NCBI GenBank assembly: GCA_021151535.1
Contig: JAGKXC010000002.1
Coordinates: 7,174-71,173 of the forward strand
Direction of reading: 5' to 3'
DNA length: 64,000 nucleotides
DNA from: Sphingobacteriia bacterium
GTDB lineage: Bacteria > Bacteroidota > Bacteroidia > NS11-12g > UBA955
Below the pieces are notes generated by a model. It did not search any database. It was not told where the DNA came from and saw nothing but the letters and a program-made list of their open reading frames with translations. A program made the translations under genes and the position numbers. Positions 47,235 through 56,858 of this stretch are shown here, one piece after another; the first letter of the stretch is position 1; each line of letters opens with the position of its first letter.

Positions 47235-48992
47235 CTAAGCCAATAATTCTTGGATTGTTTTCTCTATAGCAATGGGTGAATAACCGCACATCTCATACAA
47301 TTCTTGGTTGTTTCCATGTGTAATAAATTGATGAGGAATCCCCAAGTTTTTAAACAACAAATTTGGCATTTTAATTTGAATTTCAGCTGAGATGCCCATG
47401 CCCCATCCTCCTTGTAAACTACCATCTTCAATTGTGATAATAGAAGTCGCTAGTGGGAAAAATTCTTGTATTTGTGGGTAAGCATTTGGATGTACAAACG
47501 GCAAATGTATATGTCCAATTTTTTGTGAATTGCCTTGTATGGCTAGATTGGTAGCATGGCCTGTTGAAAGGATTACAGGTTTGTTGGCTACGATTGGGCT
47601 AATTATCTTGGGTGCAAAAATGGCGCTCAATTCTTGACGGATTTCGGAAAATTCATACTGATCAATAAATTTCGGATCAGGAATATTTCCTTTCGGGTAG
47701 CGGATTGCAACGGGTCCTTTTTCATTTAGCGACCAATTCATGATGATAGCAAGTTCCTCTGCATCTTTGGGTGCTGCGATTTTTTGATTGGGAACACATC
47801 TTAAGAATGAGATGTCAAAAGCTCCGTGGTGAGTTGGTCCATCTTCGCCCACTAATCCGGCCCTATCTATACATAGGGTAACAGGCAAGTTTTGAAGGGC
47901 AACATCATGGATCCATTGGTCGTATGCACGTTGCAAGAATGATGAGTAAATGTTTACGAAAGGCCTTGCGCCGGAGGTTGCAAATCCAGCGGCAAAAGTA
48001 AGGGCATGTTGTTCAGCAATTCCTACATCAAAGAATCTTGCGGGGAATTTATCCATTGCTAATTGCATACCACAGGAAGAAGGCATTGCAGGTGTTATTC
48101 CAATGATTTCAGGGCGATTTTCTGCGATTTTCAGAAGGATTTTTCCAAATGCATCTTGCCATTTGATGGACTGATGGGAGTTGGTGTCTTTGGTGCCATC
48201 AATTTTTACAAATTTGGTTGCGCTGTGCCATTTGGTTTGCTCTTTTTCTGCTTCGGGGAAACCTTTGCCTTTAACTGTTTTGATGTGTAACAGTTGTGGT
48301 CCATTTTGGGTTTTTAGTTGCTGAAGTGCTGGAATTAATTGTTCTAAATTATGCCCGTCTATTGGGCCATGATAATTGGCACCAAAAAACTGATAAAACT
48401 GTTCTAATTGTTTGCAGTGGTTGGCTTTGAGATGGGAATTTAATGCGCCGGTATTGGGGTCGATACCGATTTGGTTATCGTTTAAAATAATCCAAACGTT
48501 GAGTTGGCTATCCCAAAGATTATTTAGTGCTTCGAAAGTTAGGCCAGCGGTGAAAGCTCCATCGCCAATTACGGCAACGGCAATTTCCTTTTTGTTGTTG
48601 AGTTTATTGAAAGTTGCCATTCCCATAGCTGCGGAAAGGGCTGTTGAGGAATGTCCAGTTCCAAAATGATCGTATTGTGATTCGTTAATTTTCGGGAATC
48701 CAGATAAACCATTTAAGCTTCTGATGGTATTTAAGAGTGATTTTCTTCCTGTAATTGCTTTGTGGGGATATGATTGATGGCCAACATCCCAAATGAGTTT
48801 ATGTTTATCGAAATTTAAGGTGTGAAAAAGAGCAACTGTAAGCTCGATTACGCCCAGGTTGGCGGCAAAATGTCCGCCTGATTCTAACACAGATTCAATT
48901 ACAAATTTTCTGAGTGCATGAGAAAGCTCATTTAGCTGCTGCTGATTGAGCTTTTGCACGTCGGAAGGTGTATGAATTTGGTTTAAAGTCAT
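47235..48992 (-). CDS. dxs: 1-deoxy-D-xylulose-5-phosphate synthase
   Basis: ThDP-binding GDGA..GMA/NDN, a transketolase-like pyrimidine domain, and TVKGKGFPEAE...WH. Start set at MTLNQIHTPSDVQKL; the 34-aa upstream extension is rejected. Confidence 0.9.
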   Translation of the reverse strand: MTLNQIHTPSDVQKLNQQQLNELSHALRKFVIESVLESGGHFAANLGVIELTVALFHTLNFDKHKLIWDVGHQSYPHKAITGRKSLLNTIRSLNGLSGFPKINESQYDHFGTGHSSTALSAAMGMATFNKLNNKKEIAVAVIGDGAFTAGLTFEALNNLWDSQLNVWIILNDNQIGIDPNTGALNSHLKANHCKQLEQFYQFFGANYHGPIDGHNLEQLIPALQQLKTQNGPQLLHIKTVKGKGFPEAEKEQTKWHSATKFVKIDGTKDTNSHQSIKWQDAFGKILLKIAENRPEIIGITPAMPSSCGMQLAMDKFPARFFDVGIAEQHALTFAAGFATSGARPFVNIYSSFLQRAYDQWIHDVALQNLPVTLCIDRAGLVGEDGPTHHGAFDISFLRCVPNQKIAAPKDAEELAIIMNWSLNEKGPVAIRYPKGNIPDPKFIDQYEFSEIRQELSAIFAPKIISPIVANKPVILSTGHATNLAIQGNSQKIGHIHLPFVHPNAYPQIQEFFPLATSIITIEDGSLQGGWGMGISAEIQIKMPNLLFKNLGIPHQFITHGNNQELYEMCGYSPIAIEKTIQELLA

Positions 48993-49273
48993 TTTATACA
49001 AAGATACTGCTAGCAGGGGTATAGAATTGAAAAAATGAGTGAAATGACTTGGTTTAAGAAATATACCACTCGCAGTGGTATGTAGGTTTTTCAAGGGGTT
49101 GCGGTGATTTGACGCGGTAATTTTATTAAAATTTAGTATTTGTTTGTATGGGTAATTTGCATGTTTAAAAACATATTTTTGTCGAAAAAAATCAAAAAAT
49201 CATAAATATTATTGACAATAATTTGTAATAATAGTTGTTAAAATTTTTATTTGTAGTTAAATATCTAACTAAT

Positions 49274-49909
49274 ATGAACAATCCAGAAAATGAATTGGTT
49301 AATTTACCTAAGAAGCGTGGAAGGAAACCCGGTTCTAAAAACAAGGTGAAATCTACCAGAAGACCGAAATCTGCTGCGTATTTAAGCGCATTTTCGTTTT
49401 TAGAAAAGGAGATTCAGGCTTTATCTAATTCTCTAAAGAAGGCAACTGAAAAAGCCCAAAAAGAGATTGAAAAGATTGAAAAGAAAAATGCCAAAGTAGC
49501 AGATGCTATCAAGGAGAAGGCTACAAAATCGATTGCTATTTGGAAGGAGCGCGCCAAAGAATATAGAAAGAAATCTATGGCTGCTGGAAAAGGCAAAAGG
49601 GGTAGAAAGCCGAAAGAAGTTGAAAAGTTTGCTGGTAAGCCTGGTAGGCCAAAAAAATCTACTTTGTTTAGAAAAGGTGGAGGAAGAAGAAGGGCAGGTG
49701 AATTAACTAAAAAAGATATTATTATTCAGTATATGACAACCGCTCCAAAACCATTGTCATCCTCTGATTTGATTCACGAATTGTTTATTCAGAGTGGTGA
49801 AAGAGATAAGAAGAAATTTTCACAGGGAATTTACACTACTTTAACCCAGATTTATAAGTCTGGAGAATTGAAGAAAGATCCCGAGGGTATGATTTCTATC
49901 AACAAATAA
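49274..49909 (+). CDS. histone H1-like nucleoid protein: Lys-rich N-terminus with three AT-hook motifs + C-terminal winged-helix
   Basis: PKKRGRKPGSK, GKRGRKPKE and GKPGRPKKS each match the AT-hook core (R)GRP / RGRKP. A KEIEKIEKK coiled-coil-like segment follows. The C-terminal ~70 aa (DIIIQYM...LSSSDLIHEL...IYTTLTQIYKSGELKKDPEGMISINK) resembles the linker-histone winged-helix pattern. Confidence 0.55.
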   Translation: MNNPENELVNLPKKRGRKPGSKNKVKSTRRPKSAAYLSAFSFLEKEIQALSNSLKKATEKAQKEIEKIEKKNAKVADAIKEKATKSIAIWKERAKEYRKKSMAAGKGKRGRKPKEVEKFAGKPGRPKKSTLFRKGGGRRRAGELTKKDIIIQYMTTAPKPLSSSDLIHELFIQSGERDKKKFSQGIYTTLTQIYKSGELKKDPEGMISINK

Positions 49910-49911
49910 GC

Positions 49912-50730
49912 TTACTTCTGTTTTGAACAGAATATAAATCGGGGGTTACCTGAATAGTCAGTGATTATTTTGGTAGCCCCTATTTTTTTGAATAAATCTG
50001 CGGTTTCGTTGGATAATAGGCTGTTTATTTCCAGCCAAATATCAAGTTTGCCAATTTTTCTTTCCGCGAGATTTGCAATTTTTTTGTAAAAAATTAAAGG
50101 ATTTTTGTCTTTAACAAATAAAGCTATATGAGGTTCGAAATTTAAAACGTTTTCATTGATGTTTAATTTTTCGAATTCAGAGATATAAGGAGGGTTTGAA
50201 GTTAGGATGTTTAGGTTGTTATTTAAGTTTTGTATTTCTAATAAATCTTGTACCTTAAAGTCCACCTCTAATTGTAAGTTTATGGAATTTTGAATGGCGA
50301 TATCAATAGCCCCTTTTTGTATGTCAATTCCATTTATATACCACTTTGGGAAGTATTTTTTCAACAACAGCGGTATGCATCCACTTCCTGTTCCAAGGTC
50401 CAATAATTGATGAGAATCTGTGCTGCTCTGATAGTGATTTTTCATTAATTGGCATAGTTCTTCAGTTTCAGGTCTAGGAATCAATGTGAATTCATTTACC
50501 TGTAGTTCAATCTCACCGAAGAAAGCTTTCTGAAAAATATATTGTATGGGTTTGTTCGCCCGTAAATCTGAAAGCCAGCGGCTAGCGAAACTTTCCCATT
50601 GCGCTTCTTCGGCATCTAATAATGCGGGTAAGATCCAATGGCTATAGGCCTGTAAAGTATCTGGTTGAAAATCGCCCGAAAAAAAAGATTTGATAAATGC
50701 TTTTGCTTGTGCGGGTTTATTATCTACCAT
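49912..50730 (-). CDS. prmC: release-factor glutamine N5-methyltransferase
   Basis: LDLGTGSGCIPL (SAM motif I) and the NPPYI substrate motif. Confidence 0.85.
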   Translation of the reverse strand: MVDNKPAQAKAFIKSFFSGDFQPDTLQAYSHWILPALLDAEEAQWESFASRWLSDLRANKPIQYIFQKAFFGEIELQVNEFTLIPRPETEELCQLMKNHYQSSTDSHQLLDLGTGSGCIPLLLKKYFPKWYINGIDIQKGAIDIAIQNSINLQLEVDFKVQDLLEIQNLNNNLNILTSNPPYISEFEKLNINENVLNFEPHIALFVKDKNPLIFYKKIANLAERKIGKLDIWLEINSLLSNETADLFKKIGATKIITDYSGNPRFIFCSKQK

Positions 50731-50755
50731 GCTACAAACCTATACATGAGTTTGT

Positions 50756-53594
50756 TTAGGGCAAAATGGTTATGATGTTTTTTTTGTGATAATTTCTGAA
50801 TTGTGAATCTGAAGCTTGGGCATAAAGGATGTAATTTCCGGGTGGTAGGTTCAACTTTGCGATATTTTGTAAGGGCAGAGGATTGAAGGGGTCTACCCAT
50901 TGTAATGGAACGATATAACTGATGAATTTGCCTGTTAAGGTGTAAATTAATGCCTGAAATTGGGTGATTTGGAAATTTTTATTAAAAGAAATGATAGGGA
51001 ATTCTAGGCTATTGCTATATGAGAAAATGGGTTTATTGACATGAATCCATTGCTGATTGTTGGGTGGAGAAATGCTGGGTGATTCTGCTAAATTTCCTGG
51101 AGATCCATAATTATTTACAGTGATGTTAGAACATTGTTTATTGTTCACCGGTTCAGGAAGAGGGAGGTAACAACTACTTATCCAAGAACTTGGTAAAAGT
51201 CCATTGTTGTTGATATTTAAGCGCGTTAGAGAAATTCCTTTTGTTTCACTCAACATGGGATGGTGCCAATTTTGATGATAGGCAATTCGATCAATAATTT
51301 GTTGAGATTTTCGATCAATTAGTTGTAGAATTCCTTTTTCTGCCAGCAGATTTTCCATACTGTAAGAGAATTTGAAATTTTCAAATGGGGCAGATTGAAA
51401 TTGGCGATATAATTTTTGGCTATTTTCTGAGATAAGCCATGTTTGGTTGCCGCCCATGTGGGATTGGATTTCGCTTAAAGGAATTACAAACTGAAGTAAA
51501 CTGTCTTCACCATTAAAGTATTGAATTTCAATATCATCTGTTTTGAAACTCTTTTTGGAAGTATTGGTAATTTCAATGAAATCCGGAAAACCCTCTTGGT
51601 TGTTAAACATTATTTCACTGAATTTGATGTTTTTGGTTTCACTGGGTTGAATAAATTGAGCCGATACCCAGTAGATTGTTTGCGGACTTGCGATATTGTT
51701 ACTGCAATCTTGGAGGTTAGAAATTTGTAGAATTATATTAGATGGACAATTATTAAGTAAATCTTCTAATGATTGGTACTGGTTTTCTTGAAAATTAAAT
51801 GGATTTGTGATTTGATTATTATATAAGATATCGATTTTGGCAGTTGTGGAGGATTGTTGGGATATTTGAATATTTGTTTCAGGAATTTCGCAAATTTGGG
51901 AGGAATCATGGGTGTTTTTTAGTTGAAGTTTGATGCTTTGCCATTGAGTTGAATCCATAGGGAATAACAGCGTGATTTGTAGGGAGTTTCTATTTAATAT
52001 TGATGACATGATGCGGTTTTCAGGTGGACAAATTTTTTGTTTTTCAGATGATTCAGCTAATGGTGATCCGCCTGTATTTTGGTTGTTCTGCCAATTTAGG
52101 ATGTTGATACAGAAGAGTTTCTGGTTGGTTTTTTCAATGCTGTATCCGCCGTTATTATATGGCGACGTAAAATCGGAATTTACATAGGGAATTTGCACCA
52201 ATATTTCTTTTTTGTTATTTGAAATGGTGAGTGAATCGCTTGTGGTGTTAAAAGTTGGCCAAGGGGAGACGGGCAGTAGCTGTTCTTTTGGGAATGTTTG
52301 CCAAAGTGCTGAGTCTTTGGCGGGAATTAGCAGAACAAAACCTAAAGGATTCAACCATTGGTTTTTGGTAGGGAATCCTGTTGTGTATCGGTCGCTAATG
52401 CGCAACGAGTCAAGCCAATAACCTTTGTTTGTTAGGTTTTTTAGTTCTACGAATTGGGAGTTTGGCAGGTTGCCTTTAGGGGGGGAGGGTTTGTACATGA
52501 TTTCAGTAACAGCGAGCATGTTGGGTGATAAGTTGTTGCTGCATCGATGATGGAATATTGTTGTTTGTTCAGAGTCTATAGAATTGCCGGCCGTATCCTG
52601 AATGCCGAAAAATTGAATTTGGAGGGATTGGTTGCAGAATGTGGCGCATGAATCCAATAATAGGCTATTGGGGGCTATTTGGTTGGTTTTGGAAATGTGG
52701 CGGAAGGTATTTCCATTGATCCGTAAGCTACAGATTTTGTTTTGTGGGAGTTGAACGGTTTCTGTAAATTCAATTTTTAGGCTATTGTTATTGTAAGAGC
52801 GTATTTTGGATACGGCCGGCGGGAGTGTGTCTTTCCAATAATTTCCAACATAAATATTGGATATTTTGGTTTTACCTGCGGCGGTTGTTCCAGACTGCAA
52901 CAGTTCTAATCCCCAATGGGTGAACTGGGAAATTTGCTTTAATTGGTTCGAAAATTTGATGTTGATTTGGTTGACTGAGCTATCGGGTAATCGCCAGAAA
53001 ACTTGGAGTTGAGAATCTAAATTCAAGCATTTATAGATTAGGGAGTTACTGCTTTTGTTGAATAGGGATTTTGATTGAAACAGGATACTATCTATTTGAT
53101 TTTTTCTCTGGATGATCTTTACATTATCTTCTTTTCCACCCATTTCCAAAAGGTAGCCGTTGTGCAACAACGAATCTGTTAAAAGTGCAATTCGCAATAG
53201 ATTCACACTGGATGGGTTAAAGCCTTGATATAGAAAAGCGTCTGATTCGAACTTGTAGGTATGTAATTGGAATGTGAATTTGGAAATTTGAAGTTGACTA
53301 GATGCGGGTAAACAGCCTGAAATTTCGAAATATTTGTTGTTTTGTTGCGAGCAAAAGCTGCTGGCTGGGATCGCTTTTATGAGCTTAAAATGCAGAGAAT
53401 CCCAATTGGGGATTTGTGCAAATGTGAAATTATGATAAAGGCAAAATATGCCAAAAAATAGAAAAAATAATAGATTGGAGGGGTTAAAACGATGGAAGAA
53501 TTTGTATGGGAAAGTTTTGGGCGATAAATTTCTGCAGCTTTTATGTGGGTTTATCTCGCTTCTTATGTCAACTGTATATTTGTTATTAAGCGAA
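50756..53594 (-). CDS. very large secreted multi-lamin-tail-domain (LTD) protein, probable T9SS cargo; start codon unresolved
   Basis: At least two LTD signatures (AVTEIMYKPSPPKGNLPNSQFVELKNLTN; FSEIMFNNQEGFPDFIEITNTSKKSF). Signal-peptide-like LLFFLFFGIFCLYHNFTFAQ. A C-terminal segment (ALIYTLTGKFISYIVPLQ...LPPGNYILYAQ...KKNIITILP) resembles a T9SS CTD. The ORF is open to 53866, but no ATG/GTG/TTG lies between the GT2 stop (53595) and the signal peptide. Confidence 0.55.
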
Positions 53595-54791
53595 TTATGC
53601 GTTGTACTTTCTTTTTTTCCAACTGAATTGTAGGAACGGCGAAACAAGTCCCAATATGGGTAAGAATATGGTTTGAAAAGAAGATGCGATTGGAATTCTG
53701 AGATATTGGATTGTAAACCAATATCTGATTGCGAAGAAAGTTTTGTATGGGTGTTTTGTGGGGTATTGATTCCACAGGAGTAAAGTAGTTCCGAAGAGCC
53801 AATCTGTAAAGGCTTTGAAGGCCAAAGGTAATAACGCGTAAATGCCATAACCGGCATACACGGCATAAATGGTTAATCCCCAGATGGTTAGTAGTATGCC
53901 GGCCAAAAATGCCTGTTCTACAGCCGATTTTTGCGATTTTTGCAAAAAAGTTTTCTTGAACCAACGTAATCTTTGGTTCAAGAAATCGGAAATATGGGAT
54001 TGAGTTATGGTAGTAACAATTGCTTTAGGGTCGGCGTTAAATGAAATGCAATTGGGATAATGCATATGGAATTTTTCGGCGGTGAATGTGTCATCGCCAC
54101 TGGCGATTTTTAAGTGATTCTGCATTCCCCCCAATTCAAGGAATGTTGCTTTGGAATAGCAAAGATTGGCAGCGTTGGCAAATCCCAAATGCTTCTTGGT
54201 TGTTTTCTCCCAATTAAGTGCAATTAAAAATTGATTTTCTAGAAGTTCATAAGTAGAAAGTAGGTGTTTTGAAGGGGCAAATTCATATCTCACACGTCCG
54301 ATTATCATCTTGATATTTGGTTGATTCAGAATGATACTTGCAAAACTTTTAATCCAATTTTCTGGCAGCCTACAATCTGCATCCGTTGTTAGAATCCAAT
54401 CATAAATTGCGCTTTGAATTCCCAATTGTATTGCAGATTTTTTGCCGATTTGGATATTGGATAAGTGTTTTACCTGAGATAGGGAATGGGTTTTAATCCA
54501 CTGATCGATAATTTTTGGACCATAATCGGAGCTATGGTCGTTCACAAATATCAATTCCCAATCGCCCTGAAATTGAAGCGCTAATAATGAATTTAATAAA
54601 GGTTGTAAACGATTTTGCTCATCACGATAGGCGATGATGATGGAAAAGCTGGGTTTGACGGATGAAGGATGCGTGTTGTAAATCTGTTTGTTTACTGGAG
54701 TTCTATAATATCGAAATTCGGATACGATAACGCGAATCCACCAAGCCTGATACAGGATTAAAATTGCAATATTAATGGCGATCCAAGCCAT
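53595..54791 (-). CDS. membrane-bound family-2 glycosyltransferase (N-terminal TM, GT2 core, C-terminal multi-TM)
   Basis: FSIIIAYRDEQNRLQ, TDADCRLP (DxD-type) and QRLRWFKK. Four C-terminal TM helices. Confidence 0.75.
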   Translation of the reverse strand: MAWIAINIAILILYQAWWIRVIVSEFRYYRTPVNKQIYNTHPSSVKPSFSIIIAYRDEQNRLQPLLNSLLALQFQGDWELIFVNDHSSDYGPKIIDQWIKTHSLSQVKHLSNIQIGKKSAIQLGIQSAIYDWILTTDADCRLPENWIKSFASIILNQPNIKMIIGRVRYEFAPSKHLLSTYELLENQFLIALNWEKTTKKHLGFANAANLCYSKATFLELGGMQNHLKIASGDDTFTAEKFHMHYPNCISFNADPKAIVTTITQSHISDFLNQRLRWFKKTFLQKSQKSAVEQAFLAGILLTIWGLTIYAVYAGYGIYALLPLAFKAFTDWLFGTTLLLWNQYPTKHPYKTFFAIRYWFTIQYLRIPIASSFQTIFLPILGLVSPFLQFSWKKRKYNA

Positions 54792-55272
54792 GTTCCGCTA
54801 GGATTTTCTTTTCAATGGAAGAAGTAGAAAAGCCGGGAAGAAATTCGATTGTTTTTACTTTGCCACCATGCGATAGTACCCAATCTGCACCTACAATGTT
54901 CTCGATAGAATAATCAGCGCCTTTAACCAAAACATCAGGGGTTAGATATTCGATGATTTCTTTAGGGGTGGGTTCTGAGAAAATAATCACCGCGGAAACA
55001 AAACCAAGGGCAGCCATTACCCTGGATCTACCGTATTCAGATTGTAAAGGTCGAGCAGGCGATTTTTCAAGGGCCCGAACACTTTCGTCGGAATTGAGGG
55101 CTACGATTAAAGCATCGCCTAGCTTTGAAGCTTCTTCTAAATATGCAACATGACCTGCGTGAAGGATATCGAAGCAACCATTGGTAAAAACAACTTTTTT
55201 ATTGGCTGTTTTCAAGGAATTTCGCCATTCTAAGGCTTGTTCCCAGGTGTATATTTTTTCTTGACTGATCAT
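54772..55272 (-). CDS. RfaE domain-II-type nucleotidyltransferase (D-glycero-beta-D-manno-heptose-1-phosphate adenylyltransferase-like cytidylyltransferase fold)
   Basis: VFTNGCFDILHAGHVAYL, IVALNSDESV, PDVLVKGADY. Overlaps the downstream GT2 by 20 nt. Confidence 0.75.
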   Translation of the reverse strand: MISQEKIYTWEQALEWRNSLKTANKKVVFTNGCFDILHAGHVAYLEEASKLGDALIVALNSDESVRALEKSPARPLQSEYGRSRVMAALGFVSAVIIFSEPTPKEIIEYLTPDVLVKGADYSIENIVGADWVLSHGGKVKTIEFLPGFSTSSIEKKILAEHGLDRH

Positions 55273-55295
55273 GGGGATGGATGTGTAAAGGTAAT

Positions 55296-56345
55296 TTACT
55301 GCTTACTTAAATCGTGATTGGCTGTGGATTTTTCAATTTTCTGAATTTCAACCATATAAAGTATGTAGGCAATTCCCCCAAAAATAATCATTAAGAGGTT
55401 ATTGTAAGCTGCTGAAAACATGCCAAAAGTTTGGCTGTTGGCACCTGAGAATCCGTATACATACTCCAATCCAAAAGCGATAGCCGCCCAAACTCCAGCG
55501 CCTGCTGGTAAAGGAATGATGATGCCAAATGCTGAGAACATCATGAATGCCAAAGCCATGGGGATAGTACTCATTTGGGTTGCAGGAATTGCTTGCGTTT
55601 GGCAGTACATACCCAACCAATAACCAATCCAGATGCCGATACTCATTAACCAAAAGGTTACTGGTTTCTCCAAGATGAAAAGGGTTTTAAAACTTTGGGT
55701 GAATTTTTTGATGGTGCCAAGAATTCCTGTAGCTGTTTCTGTTTCTTTGTTATTCTTTGGTTGCAATAAGGGCAATATCCATTTTTTTCTAGCCCAAACG
55801 AAGATTAAAATCACTACAGTAATAAGGGCGATGGTGCCTAATAGTAAGACCCAAAACGGAAATGTATATAATTTTTCAATCAAGGGTTTAAATGGCTTAA
55901 GTAGAAAGCTACTCATTTGAGAATATTGTAGAATTAAACTCAATAATGCCATTAAAGACAACATAATTAAATCAACAAGGCGTTCCACAACAACAGTTCC
56001 GATGAGGGTTTCAACCGGTGCTTTCTCACTTTTTGCTGCCATTGCACTTCTGGCAACTTCCCCGCCTCGTGAAGTGGCAACATTTACCAAATATCCGCTT
56101 AATACGGCATAAAAAGATCTTCTTTTATTGAGTGGAAAGCCCAGTGGTTGTGTAAGTTGATTCCATCTGGCTGCTCGCAAATAATGCGCAATTAACATGG
56201 GGAAAATGCCAATGATAATCCAAAGTATGGAAGCATTTGTTAATGTTTCTGCTGTAGATTTCCAATCGGTTTTTTGCCAAATCCAATAAAACATGGCTAC
56301 ACTGAGCAACAATATCAATGCTTTAATAGCATATTTTTTTATCAT
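55296..56345 (-). CDS. lysylphosphatidylglycerol-synthase-TM-region (flippase-like, UPF0104) membrane protein
   Basis: 8-TM protein with the LRAARW...SGYLVNVATSRGGEVAR pattern characteristic of the LPG_synthase_TM family. Confidence 0.65.
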   Translation of the reverse strand: MIKKYAIKALILLLSVAMFYWIWQKTDWKSTAETLTNASILWIIIGIFPMLIAHYLRAARWNQLTQPLGFPLNKRRSFYAVLSGYLVNVATSRGGEVARSAMAAKSEKAPVETLIGTVVVERLVDLIMLSLMALLSLILQYSQMSSFLLKPFKPLIEKLYTFPFWVLLLGTIALITVVILIFVWARKKWILPLLQPKNNKETETATGILGTIKKFTQSFKTLFILEKPVTFWLMSIGIWIGYWLGMYCQTQAIPATQMSTIPMALAFMMFSAFGIIIPLPAGAGVWAAIAFGLEYVYGFSGANSQTFGMFSAAYNNLLMIIFGGIAYILYMVEIQKIEKSTANHDLSKQ

Positions 56346-56428
56346 ATAGACAAAAGGTTGAAAGGGTTGGATGCGAATCTAATCACAATTTTAAGGATAG
56401 GCAAGGATGCCTCCCCGTTTCATTGTTG

Positions 56429-56779
56429 TTAAAGAATCACCTTGTTATTTCGGTCTGGGAAAATATTTCTTGGTTGATGAACAGATAATTCATCTTTATT
56501 TAACCAAGTGAAGGTCATGATAATTAATTCGTCGCCAACCTGACCTTTTCTTGCGGCAGCACCATTTAATCCAATTATTCCTGTTCCTCTTTCGCCTGCA
56601 ATGATGTAAGTTTCGAATCTTTCGCCGTTGTTGTTGTTGACAATCAACACTTTCTGATTCGGAACCATACCCGCTGCATCTACCAAATCCATATCAATGG
56701 TAATGCTACCAGTGTAGTTAAGTTCGGTTTGCGTTAAACGAACGTTGTGAATTTTGGCTTGTAAAACCTCGATAAACAT
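56429..56779 (-). CDS. panD: aspartate 1-decarboxylase
   Basis: MFIEVLQAKIHNVRLTQTELNYTGSITID... Confidence 0.9.
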   Translation of the reverse strand: MFIEVLQAKIHNVRLTQTELNYTGSITIDMDLVDAAGMVPNQKVLIVNNNNGERFETYIIAGERGTGIIGLNGAAARKGQVGDELIIMTFTWLNKDELSVHQPRNIFPDRNNKVIL

Positions 56780-56858
56780 GTGGTGCAAAGTTAATGACCT
56801 TTTTATGATCTAACACAATTTCCTCATTTACAGCCGCGAAAGTGCTATTTTTGAAGCA

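Noticed and set aside
48993-49094. 34-aa N-terminal extension of the dxs ORF (MKNLHTTASGIFLKPSHF...)
   Set aside because: DXS homology begins at MTLNQIHTPSDVQKLN. The upstream stretch is low-complexity and probably 5' UTR.
53563-53964. 133-aa minus-strand ORF overlapping the GT2 C-terminus and the LTD frame
   Set aside because: A third frame across the same region, with no motifs. It arises from the long stop-free stretch and is treated as artefact.
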